Source: an uncultured bacterium
Lineage (GTDB): Bacteria; Bacteroidota; Bacteroidia; Sphingobacteriales; Sphingobacteriaceae
DNA length: 64,000 nucleotides
Assembly: GCA_903838995.1 (NCBI GenBank)
Contig: CAIMAP010000056.1
Coordinates: 2,028 to 66,027 of the forward strand
Reading direction: 5' to 3'
Under the pieces are notes generated by a model, which made no database searches, was not told where the DNA came from, and was given only the letters and a program-made list of their open reading frames with translations. The position numbers and the translations under genes are program-made. Position 1 is the stretch's first letter; each line of letters starts with the position of its first letter. Positions 9,997-21,136 of this stretch are shown in pieces.

Positions 9997-11325
9997 ATGA
10001 AGAGATTTATAGCTACATTAACTAATATTTTTAAAATCGAAGACTTAAGGGTTCGTATTATTAATACAATTCTTTTGTTATTGATTTACCGTGTAGGTTC
10101 TTTTATCGTTTTGCCAGGAATTGATCCTTCGCTAATGAGAACAAAAACGCAAGACGGTATTTTAGGTTTATTAAATATGTTTGCTGGAGGTTCGTTTTCT
10201 CGTGCCTCTGTATTTGCATTAGGTGTAATGCCTTATATCTCTGCTTCCATTGTAGTACAGTTGTTTGGAATTGTAATTCCTTACTTCCAACGCTTACAAA
10301 AAGAAGGAGAAAGCGGCAGAAAAAAAGTAAATCAAATTACCAGATACTTAACCATCTTTATTACCGCTGGTCAAGCAATTGGTTATGTTAAAACGCAAGT
10401 ACCTCCAGAGGCAATTATGGTAAATTCATTCTTGTTCTCTTTATCTTCTATTTTAATTTTAACAACTGGAACCATGTTCGTCATGTGGTTAGGAGAAAGA
10501 ATTACGGATAAAGGTTTAGGAAATGGTATTTCATTAATCATCATGATTGGTATTATTGCACAATTGCCTTTAGCATTCTCTTCTGAATTAGTTTCTAGAA
10601 TGGGTATGAATGGCGGTGGTTTAATTCCTTTCATTATTGAATTAGCAGCATTAGCATTCGTGGTTATTTTAGTGATTTTATTAGTACAAGGAACAAGAAA
10701 AATTCCTGTTCAATATGCTAAAAGAATTGTTGGAAATAAACAATACGGTGGTGTTCGTCAATACATTCCATTAAAAGTAAATGCAGCTGGTGTAATGCCA
10801 ATCATTTTTGCACAAGCTATTATGTTCATTCCAGGAACAATGGCATCTTTCTTACCAGATTCAAGTTTTGCACAATGGATGGGTCCTAACTTAGGTAACC
10901 CAATGTCATTATCTTATAATTTATTATTCGCGTTTTTAATCATCGCCTTCACTTATTTCTATACTGCAATTACCGTAAATCCTACGCAAATGGCAGATGA
11001 TATGAAACGTAATGGTGGTTTTGTACCCGGTATTAAACCAGGCAGAAAAACAGGTGAATTTATAGACGGTGTTATTTCTCATATTACTTTACCAGGTTCT
11101 ATCTTCTTAGCAATTGTGGCTATCATGCCTTCGATCGCTGTGATGTTAGGCATCAACAGTCAGTTTGCACATTTTTACGGTGGAACCTCTTTGTTGATTA
11201 TGGTTGGAGTTGTTTTAGATACTTTACAACAAATTGAAAGTCATTTATTAATGCGTCACTATGATGGATTAATGAAAACTGGAAGAATAAAAGGTCGCAC
11301 ACCAGCGGGTGCTGCAGCCATATAA
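9997..11325 (+). CDS. secY: Preprotein translocase subunit SecY
   Basis: 442 aa, polytopic; 'GGSFSRASVFALGVMPYISASIVVQL' and 'GGFVPGIKPGRKT'. Confidence 0.97.
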   Translation: MKRFIATLTNIFKIEDLRVRIINTILLLLIYRVGSFIVLPGIDPSLMRTKTQDGILGLLNMFAGGSFSRASVFALGVMPYISASIVVQLFGIVIPYFQRLQKEGESGRKKVNQITRYLTIFITAGQAIGYVKTQVPPEAIMVNSFLFSLSSILILTTGTMFVMWLGERITDKGLGNGISLIIMIGIIAQLPLAFSSELVSRMGMNGGGLIPFIIELAALAFVVILVILLVQGTRKIPVQYAKRIVGNKQYGGVRQYIPLKVNAAGVMPIIFAQAIMFIPGTMASFLPDSSFAQWMGPNLGNPMSLSYNLLFAFLIIAFTYFYTAITVNPTQMADDMKRNGGFVPGIKPGRKTGEFIDGVISHITLPGSIFLAIVAIMPSIAVMLGINSQFAHFYGGTSLLIMVGVVLDTLQQIESHLLMRHYDGLMKTGRIKGRTPAGAAAI

Positions 11326-11340
11326 TATCCGCGTAATTGT

Positions 11341-12117
11341 ATGATTACTTACAAAAGCGCAGAGGAAATAGAATTAATTAGAGAGAGTTCTTTACTTGTT
11401 GGCAAAGCCTTAGCAGAGGTTGCAAAAATAATTCGACCAGGTATTACACCTTTAGAATTAGATAGAAGAGCGGAAGAGTTTATCCGTGATTCAAATGCAA
11501 TCCCAGCGTTTAAAGGTTACGGAGATTTTCCAAATACATTATGTATTTCATTGAACGATGTAGTTGTTCACGGAATCCCTTCTTCAAAAGCACTTATCGA
11601 CGGCGACATTGTTTCTGTAGATTGTGGTGTTTTGAAAAATGGATATTATGGTGATTCAGCTTATACATTTGAAATCGGTGAAGTACCAGCTGCAATTAAG
11701 CAGTTGTTAATGGTAACAAAGGAAAGTTTATACAAAGGAATTGAAAAAGCGATTGAGGGAATGAGAATTGGTGATGTTGGCTTCGCTGTTCAAGAACATG
11801 CAGAAAAATTTGGTTACGGGGTTGTACGAGAAATGGTCGGTCACGGAATAGGAAAAAACTTGCATGAAAAACCAGAAGTTCCGAATTATGGAAAAAGAGG
11901 CGCTGGAATAAAATTAATGGAAGGTTTAGTGATTGCCATTGAACCTATGATTAATTTAGGGAAAGCACCCATTTTTCAAGATAATGATGGATGGACAATA
12001 AGAACAAAAGACGGTAAAGTATCCGCTCATTTTGAGCATACCATTGCAGTTAAAAAAGGAAAAGCAGATATACTTTCCTCATTTGAGTTTGTAGAAGAAG
12101 TATTAAATAAAAAATAA
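11341..12117 (+). CDS. map: Type I methionine aminopeptidase
   Basis: 'VVHGIP', 'VSVDCG', '[11 protein letters not shown]' and 'FEHTIAV' metal-ligand motifs; follows secY. Confidence 0.95.
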   Translation: MITYKSAEEIELIRESSLLVGKALAEVAKIIRPGITPLELDRRAEEFIRDSNAIPAFKGYGDFPNTLCISLNDVVVHGIPSSKALIDGDIVSVDCGVLKNGYYGDSAYTFEIGEVPAAIKQLLMVTKESLYKGIEKAIEGMRIGDVGFAVQEHAEKFGYGVVREMVGHGIGKNLHEKPEVPNYGKRGAGIKLMEGLVIAIEPMINLGKAPIFQDNDGWTIRTKDGKVSAHFEHTIAVKKGKADILSSFEFVEEVLNKK

Positions 12118-12122
12118 AATTA

Positions 12123-12341
12123 ATGGCGAAACAAGCCTCCATAGAACAAGATGGTGTAATTAGAGAAGCATTGTCAAACGCAATGTTTAGGGTCGAGTTG
12201 GAAAACGGACACGAAATAATTGCACACATTTCAGGAAAAATGAGAATGAATTATATTAAAATTCTTCCTGGAGATAAAGTAAAATTGGAGTTATCGCCAT
12301 ACGATTTATCGAAAGGCAGAATTACTTATCGATACAAATAA
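12123..12341 (+). CDS. infA: Translation initiation factor IF-1
   Basis: 72 aa; '[35 protein letters not shown]'. Confidence 0.97.
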   Translation: MAKQASIEQDGVIREALSNAMFRVELENGHEIIAHISGKMRMNYIKILPGDKVKLELSPYDLSKGRITYRYK

Positions 12342-12397
12342 TTAAGCTAGCAATAGCAAAAAATAAAAGGATTAAAAAAATTATAAAATAGCTAAAG

Positions 12398-12514
12398 ATG
12401 AAAGTTAAAGCATCAATCAAAAAGAGAAGCGTAGATTGTAAAATCATTAGACGCAATGGAAAGCTTTACGTGATAAACAAGAAGAACCCTAAGTACAAAC
12501 AACGTCAGGGTTAA
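12398..12514 (+). CDS. rpmJ: 50S ribosomal protein L36 (not in the ORF track, 38 aa, non-zinc form)
   Basis: Hand translation gives [38 protein letters not shown]. Lies between infA and rpsM. Confidence 0.93.
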   Translation: MKVKASIKKRSVDCKIIRRNGKLYVINKKNPKYKQRQG

Positions 12515-12566
12515 TCCATTAATTGAAAAAAAATAAAATAGGTCGCTAAGAAATATAAATTAACAA

Positions 12567-12944
12567 ATGGCAAGGATCGCAGGTATTGATTTACCAAAAA
12601 ACAAAAGAGGAGAAATAGGTTTAACATACATTTATGGTGTTGGCCGTTCTACTGCACAACGTATTTTGAAAGAAGCAGGTATTGATTTCAATACTAAGGT
12701 TCAAGAATGGTCGGATGATCAATTGACGGCTATTCGTAATATCATCAATGATCAAATTAAAGTGGAAGGTGCACTTCGTTCAGAAGTTCAATTGAACATT
12801 AAGCGTTTGATGGATATTGGATGTTACAGAGGTTTACGTCACAGAAAAGGACTTCCAGTGCGTGGTCAAAGAACTAAGAACAACTCTAGAACTCGTAAGG
12901 GTAAACGTAAGACAGTTGCAGGTAAGAAAAAAGCAACTAAGTAA
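12567..12944 (+). CDS. rpsM: 30S ribosomal protein S13
   Basis: '[10 protein letters not shown]' and '[18 protein letters not shown]'. Confidence 0.97.
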   Translation: MARIAGIDLPKNKRGEIGLTYIYGVGRSTAQRILKEAGIDFNTKVQEWSDDQLTAIRNIINDQIKVEGALRSEVQLNIKRLMDIGCYRGLRHRKGLPVRGQRTKNNSRTRKGKRKTVAGKKKATK

Positions 12945-12956
12945 TCGTAATTAATT

Positions 12957-13349
12957 ATGGCAAAGACAGGTAAAAAAGTTACTAAAAAAAGAGTAGTAGT
13001 GGTTGAACCAATTGGTGAAGCACACATTAGCGCTACTTTTAACAATATCATTATTTCATTAACCAACACACAAGGTCAAGTTATTTCTTGGGCATCTGCT
13101 GGTAAAATGGGATTCAAAGGTTCAAAGAAAAACACTCCTTATGCAGCCCAAATGGCAGCAGGCGAATGTGCTAAAACTGCACATGATCTTGGCTTAAGAA
13201 AAGTAGAGGTTTTTGTTAAAGGACCAGGTTCGGGACGTGAGTCGGCTATCCGTACCATTCAAAACTCTGGAATAGAAGTGACGCTTATCAAAGACATCAC
13301 TCCACTTCCACACAATGGATGTCGTCCTCCGAAAAAGAGAAGAGTATAA
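12957..13349 (+). CDS. rpsK: 30S ribosomal protein S11
   Basis: '[17 protein letters not shown]' and '[16 protein letters not shown]'. Confidence 0.97.
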   Translation: MAKTGKKVTKKRVVVVEPIGEAHISATFNNIIISLTNTQGQVISWASAGKMGFKGSKKNTPYAAQMAAGECAKTAHDLGLRKVEVFVKGPGSGRESAIRTIQNSGIEVTLIKDITPLPHNGCRPPKKRRV

Positions 13350-13468
13350 TTAATTACAATAAAATGTGGTATTCGAGAGGACATCACATTTTGTTTATTT
13401 AAAAAGATAATATAGTTATACTGAATGCCGAGGTGGTATTCAGCTAAGATTAACTAAAACAACAAACA

Positions 13469-14077
13469 ATGGCAAGATACACAGGACCAAAATCGAAAAT
13501 CGCTCGTAAGTTTCGTGAAGCAATTTACGGACCAGACAAAGCATTAGAAAGAAAAAATTATCCACCAGGACAACATGGTTTGTCTAAGAAGCGTGGAAAG
13601 CAATCTGAATATGCTATCCAGTTAATGGAAAAGCAAAAAGCTAAATACATCTATGGTGTATTAGAAAAACAGTTCGAAAACTTATTCGGCAAAGCACATC
13701 GTAAGCATGGTATTACTGGTGAAAACTTATTGAAATTTTTAGAGGCTCGTTTAGATAACACTGTTTACCGTTTAGGTATTGCAGGTTCGCGTCGTGCAGC
13801 TCGTCAATTAGTTTCTCATAAGCATGTTTTAGTGAATGGTGATATTGTAAATATTCCATCTTACACTTTGCGTCCAGGAGATGTTATTTCTGTTAGAGAG
13901 AAATCAAAAGCATTAGAAGCGATCAACGAAGCAGTAGCAACTACAAGAGTAGCTAAATACTCTTGGTTAGCATTTGATAGTGCAGCAATGTCAGGAACAT
14001 TCCTTTCAATGCCAGATCGTGCAGATATTCCAGAGAACATCAAAGAACAATTAATTGTCGAGTTGTACTCTAAATAA
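13469..14077 (+). CDS. rpsD: 30S ribosomal protein S4
   Basis: '[15 protein letters not shown]' and S4 domain '[26 protein letters not shown]'. Confidence 0.97.
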   Translation: MARYTGPKSKIARKFREAIYGPDKALERKNYPPGQHGLSKKRGKQSEYAIQLMEKQKAKYIYGVLEKQFENLFGKAHRKHGITGENLLKFLEARLDNTVYRLGIAGSRRAARQLVSHKHVLVNGDIVNIPSYTLRPGDVISVREKSKALEAINEAVATTRVAKYSWLAFDSAAMSGTFLSMPDRADIPENIKEQLIVELYSK

Positions 14078-14153
14078 TTTCTATTAGCATAAAAAACAAT
14101 AGCTCAAAAGGCTAAACAATTAAAAGATTAATATAACATTTAAACATAAATTA

Positions 14154-15146
14154 ATGGCCATATTAGCATTCCAAAAACCGGATAGAGTAATTATGCAGAA
14201 GTCTACGGATTTCGATGGATCGTTTGAATTTCGTCCATTGGAGCCAGGTTTCGGTATAACTATCGGTAATGCATTAAGAAGAATTTTACTTTCTTCGCTT
14301 GAGGGTTACGCTATTACATCAGTAAAGTTCTCTGGAGTTTCTCATGAGTTCTCTACCATTAAAGGTGTAGTAGAAGATGTTACAGACATTATCCTTAACT
14401 TGAAGCAAGTACGTTTCAAAAAAACTGGCGATAGCGGCGACTCTGAAAAAATATTCGTTGTTATTAAAGGTCAAGACGCTTTCAATGCAGGCGACATCAC
14501 TAAGTTTTCTAATAACTTTACAGTATTAAACCCTGATTTAGTTGTTTGCAATATGAATCCAAGTGTTACTTTAGAAATGGAAATTTCTGTTTCAAAAGGT
14601 AGAGGATACATTGCTGCAGAAGAAAATAAAAACGAAAATGCCAATGTAGGTGTAATCGCAATCGATTCAATTTACACTCCAATTAAAAATGTTAAATATA
14701 GCATTGAAAATTACCGTGTAGAACAAAAAACAGATTACGAAAAACTAATCATTGATATTTCTACTGATGGATCTATTCATCCAGAAGAAGCATTAAAAGA
14801 AGCAGCTAAAATTTTGATTCAACACTTTATGTTGTTCTCAGACGAGCGTATCATGTTAGAGACGCAAGCGAAAGAACAAACAAACGAAGTAGACGAAGAA
14901 ATTTTACACATGCGTAAGATTCTTAAAACTGAATTAGTAGATATGGATTTATCGGTAAGAGCATTGAATTGCTTGAAAGCTGCTGATATTCGTACATTGG
15001 CTGATTTAGTAACTTACGATGTTGCTGACATGTTGAAATTCAGAAACTTTGGTAAAAAATCATTGACTGAAATTCAAGAGTTAGTAAAATCAAAAGGATT
15101 ATCTTTCGGCATGAATCTTTCGAAATTTAAATTAGACGAAGAATAA
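14154..15146 (+). CDS. rpoA: DNA-directed RNA polymerase alpha subunit
   Basis: 330 aa; NTD '[14 protein letters not shown]' and CTD '[14 protein letters not shown]...[10 protein letters not shown]'. Confidence 0.97.
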   Translation: MAILAFQKPDRVIMQKSTDFDGSFEFRPLEPGFGITIGNALRRILLSSLEGYAITSVKFSGVSHEFSTIKGVVEDVTDIILNLKQVRFKKTGDSGDSEKIFVVIKGQDAFNAGDITKFSNNFTVLNPDLVVCNMNPSVTLEMEISVSKGRGYIAAEENKNENANVGVIAIDSIYTPIKNVKYSIENYRVEQKTDYEKLIIDISTDGSIHPEEALKEAAKILIQHFMLFSDERIMLETQAKEQTNEVDEEILHMRKILKTELVDMDLSVRALNCLKAADIRTLADLVTYDVADMLKFRNFGKKSLTEIQELVKSKGLSFGMNLSKFKLDEE

Positions 15147-15239
15147 AAATTCCGGTCGAACGCAAGTTCGATTTAACTAAATGTTAACTATGCATAAATC
15201 CTCCGCTCAGACGGAACGGTATGCAGCAATAAAAAGAAA

Positions 15240-15767
15240 ATGAGACACGGTAAGAAAATTAACCACTTAGGCAGAACAACACCACATAGAAAAGCGATGC
15301 TTGCAAATATGGCTTGTTCTTTAATTTTACATAAACGCATTACAACAACAGTTGCAAAAGCAAAAGCGTTGCGTACTTATGTAGAGCCTTTGTTGACTAA
15401 ATCAAAAGACGATAGCACAAACTCTAGAAGAGTTGTATTTAGCTACTTGCAAGACAAAGACGCTATTACTACTTTATTCAGAGAGATCGCAGTGAAAATT
15501 GCAGATAGACCAGGAGGATATACTCGTATCATTAAAACGGGTAATAGAATTGGTGATAATGCAGATATGTGTTTTATTGAATTAGTTGATTATAATGAAT
15601 TAATGCTTTCATCTAAAGCAGGTAAAACTGAAAAAGCAACCACTCGTCGTGGTCGCGCTAAGAAAAAAGCAGACGAGCCAGCGGCAGTAGCAGCTCCAGT
15701 TGTAGCAGCAGCTCCAGCAGAAGAAATTGCACCTGCAACCGAGGAGTCAAATTCAACAGAAGAATAA
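15240..15767 (+). CDS. rplQ: 50S ribosomal protein L17 with an Ala/Pro/Glu-rich C-terminal tail
   Basis: '[24 protein letters not shown]'. The tail reads '[26 protein letters not shown]'. Confidence 0.96.
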   Translation: MRHGKKINHLGRTTPHRKAMLANMACSLILHKRITTTVAKAKALRTYVEPLLTKSKDDSTNSRRVVFSYLQDKDAITTLFREIAVKIADRPGGYTRIIKTGNRIGDNADMCFIELVDYNELMLSSKAGKTEKATTRRGRAKKKADEPAAVAAPVVAAAPAEEIAPATEESNSTEE

Positions 15768-15785
15768 TCTTTCAAGATAATTTTA

Positions 15786-15815
15786 AAGCCGCGATACCCT
15801 CGCGGCTTTTTTTTT
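15786..15815 (+). terminator. Rho-independent terminator closing the ribosomal superoperon
   Basis: GC stem AAGCCGCG / CGCGGCTT around loop ATACCCT, followed by a T9 run. Confidence 0.8.
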
Positions 15816-15898
15816 GATATTTTAATTAAATATGGCGGTCAATTATTTTTTTTATTCATTTCTTAATCGCATTTTTAATCTTTGCTAAAAAACAATAA

Positions 15899-16978
15899 AT
15901 GAATCGCATCGTACTATTATTTGCTACCATTGCCACGCTACTTTCGGCATGTTCGACAGAATTTGATGTAACGGCACCCTATAAAGAAATTCCAGTAGTT
16001 TTCGGAATCCTCAATAAAGACGAAGCCGTTCAATATATCAAAATCAATAAGGCTTATTTGAACGACGAAGGAAGTGCCATCATTGCAGGTTCTGTGCCCG
16101 ATTCAAATATTTATCCTTATCCAATTGAAGCAAAATTGTACGCAAGTTATACTCCAATAACAGATGCGAATATTAAATACATTGACAGTGTTGTGTTAGA
16201 CACCGTTCATTTAAATAAAGAGGCGGGAAGTTTTAATGCCAATAATATTTTTTACAAAACACCTGCTGGCTTTAAAGTTAAATATACAATCATTAACAGA
16301 GACACTACTTGGGCTAACTATCAAATTATAGTGAGAAGAAAATCGGATGGCAAATTAATTGCCAAATCTCGCACGCCCATTGTGGCAGATTTTTTATTCA
16401 GTGGCACGCAAAACGAAGTCAAATTATATAATCGTTTCACTAAAATTTATTTAAACCATACCTTCAGTTGGAATGGCGCTATCAATGGAAAAATGTATAC
16501 TACTTTTTTACGATTTAAGTTTAGAGAAGTAGACGATTTAGCTGGCACCTCTGAAGAAAAATATGTAGACATGCCGATGTTTGAAAATATCAAAACGAGT
16601 AATTCAATTGGTACTTCAAAAATTTCTTATACTTTGTCTGGCGAAGCATTCTTTACTTTTTTACAAGCCAAATTAGACCCGCTCACGAGCCCATCTGCTC
16701 GCAGAGAATACATTGCACCACTTGAGCTTTATTTCAACGTAGCGGGCGAGGAATTGACTAAATACATAGAAATTAACAATGGTTCGGGTGGCTTAAACGA
16801 TATCCGTCCAGAGTATAGCAATGTGGAAGGTGGACTGGGTATTTTTTCTAGTCGAATGGGTAAGGTATTTAACCAACTGAGTAAAACTAATTTAAGTCAA
16901 GATGCCATTTATTGTTTGAAAGAAGGTGACATTACGGGTCGCGGAGCCGGAACCGCAAACGACTTAGGCTTTAGGTAA
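15899..16978 (+). CDS. Lipoprotein of unknown function
   Basis: Lipobox 'TLLSAC|STE'; 359 aa with no catalytic motif recognised. A DUF4249-like assignment is possible but I cannot verify it. Confidence 0.6.
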   Translation: MNRIVLLFATIATLLSACSTEFDVTAPYKEIPVVFGILNKDEAVQYIKINKAYLNDEGSAIIAGSVPDSNIYPYPIEAKLYASYTPITDANIKYIDSVVLDTVHLNKEAGSFNANNIFYKTPAGFKVKYTIINRDTTWANYQIIVRRKSDGKLIAKSRTPIVADFLFSGTQNEVKLYNRFTKIYLNHTFSWNGAINGKMYTTFLRFKFREVDDLAGTSEEKYVDMPMFENIKTSNSIGTSKISYTLSGEAFFTFLQAKLDPLTSPSARREYIAPLELYFNVAGEELTKYIEINNGSGGLNDIRPEYSNVEGGLGIFSSRMGKVFNQLSKTNLSQDAIYCLKEGDITGRGAGTANDLGFR

Positions 16979-17010
16979 GTATTTAATGCCAATGGCATTC
17001 AATTTATGAC

Positions 17011-17040
17011 AAAACGACATAGAAAAATGTCGTTTTTTTC
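17011..17040 (+). terminator. Rho-independent terminator
   Basis: AAAACGACAT / ATGTCGTTTT stem followed by a T run. Confidence 0.7.
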
Positions 17041-17136
17041 ATTTATAAGCCAATGATACCGGTAAAACAGTCAGTTTTTAGGATTGGCACAAGCATTGTA
17101 TATCAATAAGAAATTGAACAAAATAAATTCAAGTAT

Positions 17137-19047
17137 ATGTCAAAAATTATCGGAATCGATTTAGGAACAACCAACTCATGCGTTGCCGTAATGGAAGGAA
17201 ATGAGCCAGTAGTAATTCCAAATTCAGAAGGAAAAAGAACAACCCCATCTATCGTGTCATTTGCAGATAATGGGGAGCGTAAAATTGGTGATCCAGCAAA
17301 AAGACAAGCGATCACAAATCCACGTAAAACGATTTATTCAATTAAGCGTTTTATGGGAAATTCATTTTCAGAAGTTACAAAGGAATTGGAAAGAGTTCCT
17401 TATGCAGTAGTTAAAGGAGATAATAATACACCGCGTGTACAAATTGATGACCGCATGTATACGCCTCAAGAATTATCTGCTATGATTTTGCAGAAAATGA
17501 AAAAAACAGCCGAAGATTATTTAGGCTATGAAGTGAAAGAAGCAGTGGTAACAGTGCCAGCTTATTTCAATGATGCACAAAGACAAGCAACCAAAGAAGC
17601 AGGCGAAATTGCAGGATTAAATGTTCGTAGAATTATCAACGAACCTACTGCAGCAGCTTTAGCTTATGGCTTTGATAAATCACAAAAAGACATGAAAATT
17701 GTGGTGTTCGACTGTGGTGGTGGAACGCACGACGTGTCGGTATTAGAATTAGGTGGTGGCGTGTTCGAAGTAAAATCTACCGACGGTGATACACACTTAG
17801 GTGGTGATGACTTTGACCATGTAATTATTGATTGGTTAGCTGCAGAATTTAAAGCAGAAGAAAACATCGACTTGACAAAAGATCCGATGGCATTACAACG
17901 CTTAAAAGAAGCAGCTGAAAAAGCGAAGATTGAATTATCATCTACTACGCAATCAGAAATTAATTTACCATATGTAACCGCTGTAGACGGTGTGCCTAAA
18001 CATTTAGTGCGTACTTTAACAAGAGCAAAATTCGAATCATTGGCTGATTCATTGATCAAGCGTACTATCGAGCCTTGTAAATCTGCATTGAAAAATGCTG
18101 GTTTATCAACTTCGGATATTGATGAAGTGATTTTAGTTGGAGGTTCAACACGTATTCCTGCGATTCAAGAAGCGGTAGAAAAATTCTTTGGTAAAGCACC
18201 TTCTAAAGGAGTAAATCCTGACGAAGTAGTGGCTATTGGAGCGGCAATTCAAGGTGGTGTATTAACAGGTGATGTAAAAGATGTCTTATTATTAGATGTT
18301 ACTCCACTTTCTTTAGGTATCGAAACTATGGGCGGTGTATTCACTAGATTAATTGAATCTAATACCACAATCCCTTCTAAAAAATCGGAAGTATTTTCAA
18401 CTGCATCAGATCAACAACCATCGGTAGAAATCCATGTATTACAAGGAGAGCGCCCAATGGCAAATCAAAATAGAACCATTGGTCGTTTCCATTTAGATGG
18501 TATTCCACCAGCACCAAGAGGCGTGCCTCAGGTAGAAGTTACTTTTGATATAGATGCAAACGGTATTTTAAATGTAAGTGCGAAAGATAAAGGAACAGGC
18601 AAAGAGCAAAAAATTCGTATTGAAGCAAGTTCTGGATTATCTGATGAGGATATTCAAAAAATGAAACGCGAAGCAGAAGAAAATGCAGAAGTAGATCGTA
18701 AAACAAAAGAAGAAGCAGATTTAATTAACGCAGCCGATTCATTGATTTTCACAACAGAAAAACAATTGAAAGAATACGGTGAAAAATTATCTGCTCCTAA
18801 TAAAGAAGCGATTGAAGCGGCACTTGCTAAATTAAAAGAAGCGCATACTGCTAAAAATTTCGAAGAGTTGGCAACAGCACAGGAAGCTTTAAACGCAGCA
18901 TGGACAGCAGCTTCGGAAGAATTGTATAAAGCAACGCAAGAAGCAGGAGCAGCTGGAGAAAATCCAGGAGCAGGTCCAGAAGCTAGCACAGACGATAATG
19001 TACAAGATGTAAATTTCGAAGAAGTAAAAGAAGACGAAGCAAAGTAA
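17137..19047 (+). CDS. dnaK: Molecular chaperone DnaK (Hsp70)
   Basis: '[15 protein letters not shown]' and 'DLGGGTFD'-type '[14 protein letters not shown]'; 636 aa. Confidence 0.98.
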   Translation: MSKIIGIDLGTTNSCVAVMEGNEPVVIPNSEGKRTTPSIVSFADNGERKIGDPAKRQAITNPRKTIYSIKRFMGNSFSEVTKELERVPYAVVKGDNNTPRVQIDDRMYTPQELSAMILQKMKKTAEDYLGYEVKEAVVTVPAYFNDAQRQATKEAGEIAGLNVRRIINEPTAAALAYGFDKSQKDMKIVVFDCGGGTHDVSVLELGGGVFEVKSTDGDTHLGGDDFDHVIIDWLAAEFKAEENIDLTKDPMALQRLKEAAEKAKIELSSTTQSEINLPYVTAVDGVPKHLVRTLTRAKFESLADSLIKRTIEPCKSALKNAGLSTSDIDEVILVGGSTRIPAIQEAVEKFFGKAPSKGVNPDEVVAIGAAIQGGVLTGDVKDVLLLDVTPLSLGIETMGGVFTRLIESNTTIPSKKSEVFSTASDQQPSVEIHVLQGERPMANQNRTIGRFHLDGIPPAPRGVPQVEVTFDIDANGILNVSAKDKGTGKEQKIRIEASSGLSDEDIQKMKREAEENAEVDRKTKEEADLINAADSLIFTTEKQLKEYGEKLSAPNKEAIEAALAKLKEAHTAKNFEELATAQEALNAAWTAASEELYKATQEAGAAGENPGAGPEASTDDNVQDVNFEEVKEDEAK

Positions 19048-19066
19048 TTTGCATCAACAATAGCAT

Positions 19067-19100
19067 AAAAAAAGCCTCCGAATTTTCGGAGGCTTTTTTT
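19067..19100. terminator. Bidirectional terminator between convergent dnaK and the M13 peptidase gene
   Basis: AAAAAAAGCCTCCGAA-TT-TTCGGAGGCTTTTTTT. The perfect stem has an A run on one side and a T run on the other. Confidence 0.85.
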
Positions 19101-19101
19101 G

Positions 19102-21132
19102 TTACCAAATTTTAATGCGTTGACTTTCGTCTCGCCAAAGTTTATCTCCCTTTTGAATGTTGAATGCTTTATAGAATTCATCAATATTCACGACTGGTCC
19201 ATTCACTCTAAATTCACTTGGTGAATGTACATCGCTCATAATTTGTCTTGCTAAATTTTCGGGACGTCTGTTCACCATCCATGCATAACCATAGGCTAAG
19301 AAGTAACGCTGATCCGCAGTTAAGCCATTGATCATTTCGTTGTTTTTACCTTGTTTGGTTTTTTTGAATGCTTCGTATCCCATTACCACACCACCTAAAT
19401 CGGCAATGTTTTCGCCCTGTGTAGCTTCGCCATTTACATGCATGCTATCTAATACTACATAGGCACTGTATTGCGCCACAATGGCTTTTGTTTTTTCAGT
19501 AAATTTTTCGCGGTCTTGTTTGGTCCACCAATCTTTTAGGTTCCCATCTTCGTCATACTGACTGCCTTGGTCATCAAAGCCATGCGTAATTTCGTGTCCA
19601 AAAGTAGAACCTCCAATAATGCCATACAAAACAGCATCGTCGGGCATTTGTCCTTCAAATCCTGGTACAATAATATTACAAGCAGGCACTACAATTTCGT
19701 TATCTACTGGATTGTAATAAGCATTGTAAGTTTGTGGCGTCATCTCCCATTCTGTTTTGTCTACGGGCTTACCATATTTTTGAATGCTTCTTTCGAAAGA
19801 CCACTGGTTAATGTTTTTGATATTTGTTAAATAGGCATCGCGTGTAATTTTCACGCTCGAAAGATCTTTCCATTTATCTGGATAACCAACCTTCATACTT
19901 ACTTTTGCTAATTTACTCAAGGCCTTAGTTTTGGTTTCGGCCGACATCCAGCTAAGCGTTTTAATATGATCAGCATAAACGGTTCTGATGTTTTCGCCAA
20001 TTTCTAGTAATTTTTCTTTGGTACCTTTTGGTAAGTAATTAGCCACATAAATTTGCCCAACTAATTCGCCCAATGCGCCATCTGTTTGCTCTACAATTCT
20101 TTTGTAGCGCGGCTTCTGGCTTTTAGTGCCAGACATAGTTGTGCTATAAAAATTAAAATTAGCTGTTTCGAAATCTTTGTTTAAATAAGCCGCATAATTA
20201 TTGATAACATTCCAAGTTAAATAGGCTTGCCAATCTGCAATAGTAAATTTAGTTAAGCTTTCTCCAAGTGCACTAACAAATTCAGGTTGTCCAACAATAA
20301 CGCTATCAACATTTTTTAAACCGTAAATGGTTAAAATATTTTCGAAAGAAATGTTTTTGCTCAACTTGCTCAGTTGCGCCACCGACATTTTATTGTAGTT
20401 TTTGTATGGGTCGCGGGTGTCTGCTAATTTTCTACTAGCTTTAGCCAAAGCTGTTTCTATTTGAAAAACAGCTTTCATTTTTTGATTGGCATTATTTTGG
20501 TTTTCGCCTGCCAAAATAAATATGTTTGCAATATGCTTTTGGTATTCATTGCGAATATTAACTGTTCTAGCATCGCTGTTAAAATAATAGTCGCGCTCTG
20601 GCAAGCCTATTCCACCTTGGTATAAAGACACGGCATATTCGCTAGATTTTTTATCGTCTCTGCCCACAAATAAATTAAACAATGGCGAAACACCAATCTT
20701 ATTGAGGCTTGCTATATTTTGCACCAAGCCGTTTAAATCTTTAATTGCGGCAATTTGGTTTAATTCTTCTTGTAATGGTTGGATACCAAGTTTTTCAATG
20801 GTGATGGTGTCCATACCACTTGAATAGAAGTCGCCTATTTTTTGTTCATTGCTACCTTCGGCTGCGTCTTTTGCTGCCGCTGCTTTTTGGCAGATAGCAA
20901 AAACAGTACTGTTAATGGTATCTTGAATGGTTCTGAAAATGCCGTTACTATTTTCTGTACTAGGTATAGGATTATTTTTAAACCAATTGTTATTGGCATA
21001 TAGAAAAAAGTTTTCGCCAGCACTTGAGGTGCTGTCTATATGATTAACAATAGGATCGGATGCTTTATCAATGGTTTTTTGGGAACAAGCAGTGATGAAT
21101 AAAACACTTGCTGCTAATATTATTTTTTTCAT
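19102..21132 (-). CDS. M13-family (neprilysin/PepO-like) zinc metallopeptidase, lipoprotein
   Basis: Lipobox 'FITAC|SQ', zinc motif 'HEITHGFDD' and 'GENIADLGG'; 676 aa. Confidence 0.9.
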   Translation of the reverse strand: MKKIILAASVLFITACSQKTIDKASDPIVNHIDSTSSAGENFFLYANNNWFKNNPIPSTENSNGIFRTIQDTINSTVFAICQKAAAAKDAAEGSNEQKIGDFYSSGMDTITIEKLGIQPLQEELNQIAAIKDLNGLVQNIASLNKIGVSPLFNLFVGRDDKKSSEYAVSLYQGGIGLPERDYYFNSDARTVNIRNEYQKHIANIFILAGENQNNANQKMKAVFQIETALAKASRKLADTRDPYKNYNKMSVAQLSKLSKNISFENILTIYGLKNVDSVIVGQPEFVSALGESLTKFTIADWQAYLTWNVINNYAAYLNKDFETANFNFYSTTMSGTKSQKPRYKRIVEQTDGALGELVGQIYVANYLPKGTKEKLLEIGENIRTVYADHIKTLSWMSAETKTKALSKLAKVSMKVGYPDKWKDLSSVKITRDAYLTNIKNINQWSFERSIQKYGKPVDKTEWEMTPQTYNAYYNPVDNEIVVPACNIIVPGFEGQMPDDAVLYGIIGGSTFGHEITHGFDDQGSQYDEDGNLKDWWTKQDREKFTEKTKAIVAQYSAYVVLDSMHVNGEATQGENIADLGGVVMGYEAFKKTKQGKNNEMINGLTADQRYFLAYGYAWMVNRRPENLARQIMSDVHSPSEFRVNGPVVNIDEFYKAFNIQKGDKLWRDESQRIKIW

Positions 21133-21136
21133 AAGA

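Noticed and set aside
12398-12514. Non-zinc (C-minus) forms of L36 and S14 (7092-7361) in the main operon, as a sign of Zur-type paralogue replacement
   Set aside because: As far as I recall, the C-minus L36 sequence type (..[22 protein letters not shown]) and long S14 are the normal single-copy forms in Bacteroidota. No second copy or Zur box is seen here.
16985-16999. Palindrome AATGCCA-A-TGGCATT just after the 15899-16978 stop codon
   Set aside because: The 1-nt spacer cannot form a hairpin loop. It is a single occurrence, and a proper terminator follows at 17011-17040.
18654-19184. 176-aa minus-strand ORF overlapping the dnaK 3' end and the terminator
   Set aside because: It is antisense to a highly conserved gene. 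The product is Ser/Ala-rich low-complexity sequence, and the ORF runs through the bidirectional terminator. This is a typical shadow ORF.
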